Source: an uncultured Gammaproteobacteria bacterium
Lineage (GTDB): Bacteria; Patescibacteriota; Patescibacteriia; Magasanikbacterales; UBA922
DNA length: 64,000 nt
Reading direction: 5' to 3'
NCBI GenBank assembly: GCA_964597575.1
Contig: CAZQXB010000001.1
Location: forward strand, 530,111 to 594,110
Part shown: positions 56,943 through 64,000 of the stretch, one piece after another
Layout of the letters: each line of letters starts with the position of its first letter
Position numbering within the stretch: position 1 is the first letter of the stretch
Notes under the pieces: generated by a model
Databases searched by the model: none
Seen by the model: the letters and a program-made list of their open reading frames with translations, nothing else
What the model was told of the DNA's origin: nothing
Position numbers and translations under genes: made by a program

Positions 56943-56971
56943 AATATAACAGAAAAACTGACTTTTGTCAA
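56943..56971 (-). promoter_or_regulatory. Consensus sigma-70 promoter for the histidine-phosphatase gene
   Basis: On the minus strand: TTGACA (56966-56971), a 17-nt spacer, then TATATT (56943-56948). It is AT-rich, unlike the GC-rich gene it drives. Confidence 0.45.
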
Positions 56972-57058
56972 TATCGGGCTGTATACATATTTCTGTATTG
57001 ACGAAAAGTATATTTTTTAGCTACACTGAGACATATAATCGCACTTAATAGAAGCCTT

Positions 57059-58603
57059 ATGTCTTTTTCCCTCCTTGACCCTAAAAAGCTTCCTAGGATC
57101 ATGTACGATCAGACCCAATTTACTCCTCTTTATTTTGTGGGGAAGCAATCCTTGTGGCTTGTTGATTCTGCCCCAAAGCGACTTAACGAAATTTCAGGAT
57201 ACGGTCCAGACACCTGGTTTTTGTATACCCAAAAAGAACCGAAATCTTTTTTCTTTGGAGCATACCCTGAAGAAGTGCTAGAAAGAGAAGCTGAAAATGG
57301 TTTTACGACTTTTTCTAATGAAGATTTTTTCGTTCAATTTCAGGAACAGCAGGAGTCATTTTACGATCAAGTTTTAGCACTTTCCAAGCGTTATTTTTCT
57401 GATATATCCCAGAAGGAAAAAATTCTTTTAGAGGAAAATCCTTTACTCATAAGTCAGTTTGTAAAAGATTCTCAGATACTTATCGCGGAGATCATGGCAT
57501 ATTATCTTCATACGCAACCACAACGCCTATCTCAATTTGAACGACGTTTAAAAGATTTAGATATTCCTGAGGAGGAGAAGGAACTTCTGGTAACGCACGG
57601 GCGGTCGTTTACTTTTATTTCTAAACTTCGTTACGCTGTGGTTCATTTAGCAAAATTCATGCATGAACATGATATTTCATTTACTCATTTGAAAGAGAAA
57701 CATCCAGATCTGTGGGAAAAACATCAAGAAGCGGTAGAGCGCTATGGATTTTTATCCTGGGGTTTATTTGGTGGCGAGCATATTTCCGAAAACTCTTTAG
57801 ATCAAGTGGTCACTAATTTAAAACAGGGGAGCGAGCTTCACAAAGAACACGAGCAGCTTATAACAATAGAAAAAAACATGCAGGCTCGTGAAAGTTTGCT
57901 CTCAAAAGAATCAGGAGAGGCGCATTGTTTGGCTGATGTGATTGGTCATGTGGGTGTGATCAGGTTTAATCTTCAAACATACGTTCTGTGTCTTCTCAAA
58001 TATATCGATAATATCCTCGTTGCTTTGGCTGAAATTCATGGCATGTCCAAGGAGGATTTGGATGTGTATGAATATGCCGACCTTCTGCATCTTATTGAAA
58101 CAAAAGAGAAGCTCTCTCCAAGTGTTGCAGCCGAGCGCCGTAAAGGAATCTTAAAATATTTTAAAGATGGAGAAGTTGAACATTTCTATGGTGAAAAGGC
58201 GGGAAAACGCATTGCAGAGCTTTTGGAATTTAGAGAAAAAGAAATGCAAGGAATCAAAGAGGTAAAAGGAACCATTGCGTCGAAAGGAAAAGGTGGAGAA
58301 ACCGTGTTTCACAAACGTGCGTTTGTTTTGACCAGTTCTTTTGACGTTGAAAAATCCCTCGAAGCATTTCAAGATGGTGATGCGCTCGTTGCCACACAAA
58401 CTCACCCCAACCTTGTACCGTATATGAAACGTGCAAGTGTTATTGTCACTGATGAGGGCGGAGTTACCTGCCATGCTGCTATTGTTTCAAGAGAACTCGG
58501 GAAACCGTGTATTATAGGGACTCGACTTGGAACCAAAGCGTTCGTAACAGGTGAAGAAATTGAATTAGATATGGTCAAAGGAGTGGTTCGGAAAGTTTCC
58601 TAA
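57059..58603 (+). CDS. PEP-utilising-enzyme mobile (phospho-His swivel) domain protein with a large N-terminal domain of unknown function
   Basis: The C-terminus VATQTHPNLVPYMKRASVIVTDEGGVTCHAAIVSRELGKPCIIGT matches the PEP-utilisers mobile domain (GG.TSHAAIVAREL.iP.V.G). The preceding region of about 400 aa is helical and unassigned. Confidence 0.65.
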   Translation: MSFSLLDPKKLPRIMYDQTQFTPLYFVGKQSLWLVDSAPKRLNEISGYGPDTWFLYTQKEPKSFFFGAYPEEVLEREAENGFTTFSNEDFFVQFQEQQESFYDQVLALSKRYFSDISQKEKILLEENPLLISQFVKDSQILIAEIMAYYLHTQPQRLSQFERRLKDLDIPEEEKELLVTHGRSFTFISKLRYAVVHLAKFMHEHDISFTHLKEKHPDLWEKHQEAVERYGFLSWGLFGGEHISENSLDQVVTNLKQGSELHKEHEQLITIEKNMQARESLLSKESGEAHCLADVIGHVGVIRFNLQTYVLCLLKYIDNILVALAEIHGMSKEDLDVYEYADLLHLIETKEKLSPSVAAERRKGILKYFKDGEVEHFYGEKAGKRIAELLEFREKEMQGIKEVKGTIASKGKGGETVFHKRAFVLTSSFDVEKSLEAFQDGDALVATQTHPNLVPYMKRASVIVTDEGGVTCHAAIVSRELGKPCIIGTRLGTKAFVTGEEIELDMVKGVVRKVS

Positions 58604-58618
58604 AGAATTATTTTTAGT

Positions 58619-59560
58619 ATGACGTTCATTCGTACCTTTTCGGAAATCAGTAAGGATGATACTACCCTTGCGGGAGGAAAAGGTGCATCTTTGGGTGAAA
58701 TGACTCAGGCGAACATTCCTGTTCCAGAAGGTTTTGTTTTGCTATCCACGGCCTTTGATCGGTTCCTTGAGCAAACAGATCTATCCGTTGAAATTAATAC
58801 CATTTTGAATAGTGTAAACATCCAAGTGGTGCATACCGTCGATCAGGCATCTGAACAGATAAAAACCCTGATTCTTTCAAAGAAGATGCCGAAAGATCTA
58901 GAAGAAAATATTATCCGTTCATTTGAGGACCTTGGTGCAGAGTTTGTGGCTGTACGCTCGAGTGCAACTGCCGAAGATTCGTCGAGTGCTGCTTGGGCAG
59001 GGCAGCTCGATACATTTTTGAATACCCCAAAAGAAACCTTACTCAAGCGCGTTCAACAGTGCTGGGCGAGTCTTTTTACCCCAAGAGCAATATTCTACCG
59101 TTTTGAAAAAGAACTTCAACACACGAACATTTCTGTTGCCGTGGTGGTACAAAAAATGGTTCAGTCAGAAATTTCCGGGATCGCCTTTTCAGTTCATCCG
59201 GTAACTGAGGACAGAAATCAGCTGATTATTGAAGCTGGTTATGGGTTAGGAGAGGCGATTGTGTCAGGTCAGATTACACCGGACTCGTATGTTATTGAGA
59301 AAAATCCACGCGCAATCCTCGATATTAATATTGCCGAGCAAGAGCGGGGATTATACAGAGGTGCAAAAGAAAATGAGTGGAAGGCAATTTCCTCAGAAAA
59401 ACAGCAGATGCAGAAGTTATCAGATGCACAGATCCTCGAACTCTCTGAACTTATTTTACGAATCGAAAATCATTATGGGTTTCCGTGTGATATTGAGTGG
59501 GCCTATGCCAAAGGGGATTTCTTTATCGTGCAATCAAGACCAATCACGACACTTCTATAA
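58619..59560 (+). CDS. PPDK/PEP-synthase N-terminal ATP-binding (ATP-grasp) domain protein
   Basis: GGKGASLGEMTQANIPVPEGFVL and AVRSSATAEDSSSAAWAGQ match the pyruvate-phosphate-dikinase PEP/ATP-binding domain. Confidence 0.7.
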   Translation: MTFIRTFSEISKDDTTLAGGKGASLGEMTQANIPVPEGFVLLSTAFDRFLEQTDLSVEINTILNSVNIQVVHTVDQASEQIKTLILSKKMPKDLEENIIRSFEDLGAEFVAVRSSATAEDSSSAAWAGQLDTFLNTPKETLLKRVQQCWASLFTPRAIFYRFEKELQHTNISVAVVVQKMVQSEISGIAFSVHPVTEDRNQLIIEAGYGLGEAIVSGQITPDSYVIEKNPRAILDINIAEQERGLYRGAKENEWKAISSEKQQMQKLSDAQILELSELILRIENHYGFPCDIEWAYAKGDFFIVQSRPITTLL

Positions 59561-60270
59561 CCCGTTCTTTTTAAGAGCCCAGAAGAGGAGAGGACTACGG
59601 CTTTACCCAAAGATATGAACCGAACCACCCTCCAGGCTCCTATAGATACTATGTCGCACATTGTATGTTATACGAAATAATATATAGGGAGAAAGAGGGG
59701 TTTTGCCCGCATACCTTGAGCCCTTCGGTGTAAGCTCGCAGGTCGCTATGAAGATTCCGGCAGCTCATACAGTATATACGAGCACCTTGCCTGATCCGCC
59801 AATTAAATATAACCATTAGTTTGTTCAATTTAAGTTCTGTATGCTCGGTATTACTTAATTACGGCCCGTACTGGTTCAGCCGTTTATTTGACTTAAGTTA
59901 CCAGTTTTACCCTATAAACGACCTCGTATAATCGTTTATACGCGTTTTAAATTATTTTCATGAGTCTTTATACCTTTAATTCTTTAAATCAAATCGTGTG
60001 AAGTTTCAAAATAAAAAATATTCTTATTCACTCATCACGGAAGTTAAATTTAAAGGAAACTAATTTTAGTAAAATGATTTTAAAATTTCGAACACTTTTT
60101 AAGTACCAGCGCCTATACGGCATCTCTATTTTATGAGACCTCGACAAAAAATACTCTGATCATACTACGATACATGCAATCCAGAACACTTTCTCATGAA
60201 CTTCCCTACCAGACTTACTATATTCATGTCGCAATATTATGCGACATATAAGCAGGGAAAGGGAAACGTC

Positions 60271-61536
60271 TTAAGAAACGTTTCCCACTAAAAAAGGTAG
60301 TCCAAGTGCCACTTGCTCTGGCACCTTTTTTGCCTTTGAGGCGGTGCTGCCAGCTAAAAGACCGCTGGCTAAACGAACCGTATTTGGACCGAATGTTTCA
60401 CTGAGCGTATCAACAACCTGGTACATGCGTTCTATGCGTGAGATTTTCTCTGGCTGCTCAAATAGTGATTGCTGCATACGAGAGATGTTGTTTAAATCAG
60501 ATAAGGTAACACCGCTTGCTCGGTACAATGTGTTTGGAACAAATAAACGTTCGAACATGGGCCGAATAAGCGAGAGCAGCTCGTTTGGGTAGGCTGATCG
60601 TCTGGTGCAGGTGGCATCTAACCCATCCATGGTAAATGTTTGGCGTTTAAGGAAAACACTAATACGCATGGCTCCTAATTTGCTTTTTCTTGCCTTAGCG
60701 CACGCAGTTTCTACGTTATGAACTAACTCAGAAAAGATTCTTCGACGATCGGTGGTTGGTGTAAACGTGTGGGTTCTTGAGATAGAACCATAGGTGCTTT
60801 GAGGCTCTTTGTGTATGCCGTAAATCGACTCCCCTTTTAATTCATGCCAAATATCTTGGTGGGGTTTTGTAAAGTGGTTTACGATGAAATTTTCATCTTT
60901 ACCAATAAATTCTCGGGCCGTGTGGATATTTAAACTGTGCATGTACTGTGCTGTGTTTCGACCAACGCCCCAAATATCGTGAACAGGAGTTTTTGCTAAA
61001 AAAGTATCTTTATCACGGAGGGATATTACGGTTAACCCGTCTGGTTTGTTAAATCGAGAAGCAATTTTGGCTAGTACTTTTGTAGGAGCTAACCCCACCG
61101 AAACGGTTAACCCTAAATTCTTTTCAATTTCCTTTTTCATGGCCGCTGCTATTTCACCATAGGTCATGTTATGAACGTGTTTAAGACCGGTAACATCGGC
61201 AAACCCTTCATCGATGCTGTAAGGTTCTACTGCGTCAGTAAATGTGCGCATGGTGTTAAATAACCGTTTGGAAAATGTGCTGTAGAGCTCGTAATTTCCC
61301 GGTAAAATAACTGCAGTTGGGCAGATGCGTTTGATCATGCCAATCGGCATGCCGCGAGTAATACCAAGCCGTTTTGCTTCATATGTAAGAGCTGCGGCAA
61401 TACCGCGTTCTTTCCCAACGACTACGGGTAAACCCTGTAACTTTGGGTTTACTGCCACCTCACATGCAGCAAAAAAGGCATCAGCGTCGACATGAAGAAT
61501 AGCGTTCGGAAGTGAACGCCCAGTGGTAGGGTTCAT
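60271..61536 (-). CDS. Y-family DNA polymerase (DinB/UmuC/ImuB-like)
   Basis: ILHVDADAFFAACEV...PVVVG...YEAKRLGITRGMP...CP...SIDEGFADVTG catalytic motifs. Sits downstream of the lexA-like gene in the same orientation. Confidence 0.85.
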   Translation of the reverse strand: MNPTTGRSLPNAILHVDADAFFAACEVAVNPKLQGLPVVVGKERGIAAALTYEAKRLGITRGMPIGMIKRICPTAVILPGNYELYSTFSKRLFNTMRTFTDAVEPYSIDEGFADVTGLKHVHNMTYGEIAAAMKKEIEKNLGLTVSVGLAPTKVLAKIASRFNKPDGLTVISLRDKDTFLAKTPVHDIWGVGRNTAQYMHSLNIHTAREFIGKDENFIVNHFTKPHQDIWHELKGESIYGIHKEPQSTYGSISRTHTFTPTTDRRRIFSELVHNVETACAKARKSKLGAMRISVFLKRQTFTMDGLDATCTRRSAYPNELLSLIRPMFERLFVPNTLYRASGVTLSDLNNISRMQQSLFEQPEKISRIERMYQVVDTLSETFGPNTVRLASGLLAGSTASKAKKVPEQVALGLPFLVGNVS

Positions 61537-61547
61537 ATGGTAGGTGG

Positions 61548-62126
61548 TTATGAGTATTTACGAATGACACTCGTTACAACACCGGCAATTTTGAGTTCAC
61601 TTTCGGGATGAATATCGGGGTATGCTTTATTTGCGGGACGAAGAAATGGTTTTGTGTCTTTGTAGAGAAGATATTTCATGGTCCATTCGTGGTCGATTTC
61701 TGCGATGATAATATCACCTGGTTTTGGAGTTTTACGACGATCAACCACCACCATATCCCCTGCTACAATACCTGCTTCAATCATGGAATCTCCTGTTACC
61801 GTAAGCATGTAGGAAGAATCGGGGTGATCGAGGAGGTAGTCGTCTAAACTGAGCGTTGCTACGTCCTGTTCCTCGGCTGTACTTGGAAAACCAGCTTGGA
61901 CTGTTCCAAGGACACGAAGACCATATAATTTTGTTGTGGGAATTAATTTTCCTCCGGTACTTTTTCCAACCAACCCTTCATCAACGAATTTATCAATATA
62001 TTTATAGATCGAACCTTTTGATTGAACCCCGAAGATTGAGGCAAGTTCATCGTAGGTCGGTAACGAGCGGTGCTCCCGGTAGTATGCAACAAGTGCATGC
62101 TTTCTATTTTCATAGCGTTCATCCAT
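61548..62126 (-). CDS. lexA: LexA-family repressor (wHTH plus S24 peptidase)
   Basis: N-terminal wHTH (LPTYDELASIFGVQSKGSIYKYIDKFVDEGLV). S24 catalytic Ser in GDSM and Lys in TMKYL. Start moved to MDERYENRKHALVAYY because the listed start at 62228 lies inside the promoter. Confidence 0.8.
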   Translation of the reverse strand: MDERYENRKHALVAYYREHRSLPTYDELASIFGVQSKGSIYKYIDKFVDEGLVGKSTGGKLIPTTKLYGLRVLGTVQAGFPSTAEEQDVATLSLDDYLLDHPDSSYMLTVTGDSMIEAGIVAGDMVVVDRRKTPKPGDIIIAEIDHEWTMKYLLYKDTKPFLRPANKAYPDIHPESELKIAGVVTSVIRKYS

Positions 62127-62212
62127 ATGCATGTTGGATAATGCTGGAGAGAATAGATGCCGAGGTGTAGTCCGCAGATATTCTCTCCAACGGTAAATAA
62201 CCTGTAAATACA

Positions 62213-62242
62213 TTATAGGAGAACACATGTTCTCCTGTCAAA
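62213..62242 (-). promoter_or_regulatory. Consensus promoter with embedded LexA (SOS) box
   Basis: On the minus strand: TTGACA (62237-62242), an 18-nt spacer, then TATAAT (62213-62218). The spacer is the perfect palindrome GGAGAACATGTGTTCTCC (62219-62236), which contains GAAC-N4-GTTC. Confidence 0.65.
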
Positions 62243-62264
62243 TATTGGGTTATCCACAGAAGAA

Positions 62265-63512
62265 TTATGGAAGAAAATTCACTGGGTTAACAGGAATTCC
62301 CTCTTCGCGTACTTCAAAATGAAGATGAGGACCAGTAACAAATGGACCAGCACCAACGGTGCCCGGAGTACCACCAGAATATCCAATAATATCGCCTTTC
62401 GTTACGAACTGATCAGCAGTCACAACGATACGGCTTAAATGCCCATATACGGTCGATAGACCACCGCTATGGAGCAACATGACGTAACTATAGCAAGAAG
62501 AAGACGTGCAGGTTTTTGCGCGCCCTACATAGCCTGAACCAGCGGCGCGAACTGCAGTTCCTTGGCTGGCTCGAATATCAATGGCATTATGCTCAAATAC
62601 CTGGCGATATGGGTAGCCTGGATCACGAAACTTCGCTGTAATATATCGGCTTGCGGTAGGCCACGAGAATGTTGTATCCCCTGCCTCTGATTTTTGTTTT
62701 AATTTTTCCTGTTCTTCAAGACGCTGACGAACCTGGCGTTCGATACTTACAATTTCATTTTCAATTTGCTGATACTGTTTTCGTAAGTTTCCAAGTAGTG
62801 TTTTATAGGTCATTTCTGATGCACGGGTTTCGGCAAGAAGGTTTTCTTTGGAATAGGTTTGTTCTCGTAGGTCTTTCTTTTGGTTTTCCAAAGTTTCTCG
62901 CAAAGTTTGGTATGCCACTTTCCGCTCTCCTACTTGGGTTTTCTTTGTTTCCAGATCCGTTTTAATTAAACGCATTGCACGAACACTCTGCCCCAAATCT
63001 TCTTCCATGGTCTGTAAGTAATAGAGGCGGTTATAGAAATCAGAAAAAGTACTGTACGCAGCCATGACCTCGATAACACTTTTCTGATCTTCATAATAGA
63101 GGGTGCGAACAAGCTCTGCAATCATGGTTTTTTGTCGAGCCAGGGTTTTTTCTTTATCCGCAATGCTTAGAGTAAGAGATTCCAGCTCAAGCGTAATCGT
63201 ATCCAGTTTCTCCTCGGTTAATTTGATATCAAGTTCAACCCCCTCCTTTTGAGCATCTAAAATAGCAAGCTGGTTTTTAAGAGAGCCTGCTTGGGTCTGT
63301 TTTGTGGCAATAAGTTTATTCGTATTCGCAATCGCAGCCTCTAATTCTTCAACTTTCTTACGATTTTCGGCAATACGGTCATTGAGGGCTTTTACCTCTG
63401 GGGAAACAACCTCACTTGTTTGCCCAAATGCTAAAAACGGATGAATAAAAAATCCTCCGATAAGAAGGCAGAGTGCAAGTGCGGTAGTAATAACAAAACG
63501 TGCCAGAAACAT
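62265..63512 (-). CDS. M23-family peptidase with N-terminal TM and long coiled coil (EnvC-like)
   Basis: Coiled-coil heptads over about 250 aa. C-terminal LytM domain with HxxxD and HLHFEV motifs. Confidence 0.75.
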   Translation of the reverse strand: MFLARFVITTALALCLLIGGFFIHPFLAFGQTSEVVSPEVKALNDRIAENRKKVEELEAAIANTNKLIATKQTQAGSLKNQLAILDAQKEGVELDIKLTEEKLDTITLELESLTLSIADKEKTLARQKTMIAELVRTLYYEDQKSVIEVMAAYSTFSDFYNRLYYLQTMEEDLGQSVRAMRLIKTDLETKKTQVGERKVAYQTLRETLENQKKDLREQTYSKENLLAETRASEMTYKTLLGNLRKQYQQIENEIVSIERQVRQRLEEQEKLKQKSEAGDTTFSWPTASRYITAKFRDPGYPYRQVFEHNAIDIRASQGTAVRAAGSGYVGRAKTCTSSSCYSYVMLLHSGGLSTVYGHLSRIVVTADQFVTKGDIIGYSGGTPGTVGAGPFVTGPHLHFEVREEGIPVNPVNFLP

Positions 63513-63699
63513 ATAGGCATACTATACCACAAAGAAGCAGTCTCGTCTTTAGGTTCTTAGTTGATTAACTCAAATTAATTTAGAAGATTTTACTCTGTAG
63601 ATAGAGGGGTTCTTTGAAAAAAGAACATGCTCTACCTCTAACTAAATTTCCTAGACGTAAAATAAATAATAAGGGATATTCTGGTAAGTTAAAAAACTA

Positions 63700-64000
63700 C
63701 TATTCAATCCGTCTGGCAGCCTTTTTCACTCTTTCAATCGTCTTTGTCTTCCCTAAAAATCCAGCCAAATCAAATGGCCCTGGGGAGTTCTTTTCTCCAG
63801 AGAGTGCCACTCGCATTGGCCAGAGCACATCGCCTGTCCCGTAACCTTTTTCTTTGATCCAGAGCATAATACCAGCTTCAAGCGAAGCTTTATCCCAGAA
63901 CTGTTCATCGATACCTTCAAATACCTCTGCAAGCTCAGTCAGTTTCGCTTTCGCATCTTCTTTCGTTGATTTTTTCCAAGTCAAAAGATCTGGTTCGTAG
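63700..64000 (-). CDS. gltX: Glutamyl-tRNA synthetase, C-terminal anticodon-binding end; the gene continues beyond the window
   Basis: The frame stays open to the window edge; the listed start is a TTG codon, not an ATG. The tail VLWPMRVALSGEKNSPGPFDLAGFLGKTKTIERVKKAARRI resembles GluRS C-termini. Confidence 0.5.
   Translation of the reverse strand, partial: YEPDLLTWKKSTKEDAKAKLTELAEVFEGIDEQFWDKASLEAGIMLWIKEKGYGTGDVLWPMRVALSGEKNSPGPFDLAGFLGKTKTIERVKKAARRIE

Noticed and set aside
56087-56944. 285-aa plus-strand ORF across the GC-rich island
   Set aside because: It is a shadow ORF created by high GC. Its translation is low-complexity (Arg/Pro/Asp/Leu-rich) with no motif, whereas the opposite strand encodes a clean histidine-phosphatase domain (RHG and SPL.RA motifs).
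61548-62228. Listed lexA start at 62228 (MCSPIMYLQ...)
   Set aside because: The first 100 nt of that ORF are themselves the consensus promoter (-35 and -10) and the palindromic LexA box. The conserved LexA N-terminus aligns from the internal Met at 62126.
63614-63844. 76-aa plus-strand ORF near the window end
   Set aside because: It is antisense to the better-supported GluRS C-terminal frame. Its composition is basic and low-complexity.
1-64000. CRISPR arrays, rRNA genes, transposase or integrase genes
   Set aside because: No spacer-interrupted direct-repeat arrays, no 16S/23S/5S-like conserved stretches, and no DDE or tyrosine-recombinase motifs were found in any long ORF. Only the tRNA-Gly 3-prime duplication hints at past integration.

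Overview
Reading both strands, this 64-kb window is a densely packed, mostly plus-strand core-genome segment from a small-genome bacterium. Its CPR/Patescibacteria-like character (many short membrane-anchored hypotheticals, a compact gene set, FemAB and A2M genes) is an inference from gene content only. Translation genes include proS, lysS, serS, a gltX 3-prime fragment, greA and five tRNAs. Cell-envelope and division genes include mreBCD-PBP2, a MurF-like ligase, DegT, FemAB, an FtsQ-like protein, murG, murE, FtsB, ftsEX, rmlCD and a parvulin. A zur-znuABC-YceI zinc module is also present. The features most worth follow-up are: (1) a 2214-aa membrane-anchored alpha-2-macroglobulin-like protein whose thioester site reads PYSSTEE instead of GCGEQ, lying tail-to-tail with a class A PBP1C-like gene; (2) a single-gene island of sharply elevated GC (a histidine phosphatase) driven by a native-looking AT-rich promoter; (3) a split, order-inverted PEP-utilising-enzyme/RPH-like phosphotransferase pair; (4) a lexA plus Y-family polymerase SOS cassette whose consensus promoter carries an 18-bp perfect palindromic GAAC-N4-GTTC box; (5) two unusually long non-coding stretches (about 500 nt and 700 nt) with structured or repeat content, one carrying RNase P-like sequence motifs in non-canonical order; (6) a 17-nt duplication of the tRNA-Gly 3-prime end 180 bp downstream (att-scar-like); (7) fusion or variant proteins (Ham1-Nudix, MurF with a transmembrane N-domain, a frameshifted RadC). 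No CRISPR array, rRNA or obvious transposase was seen.
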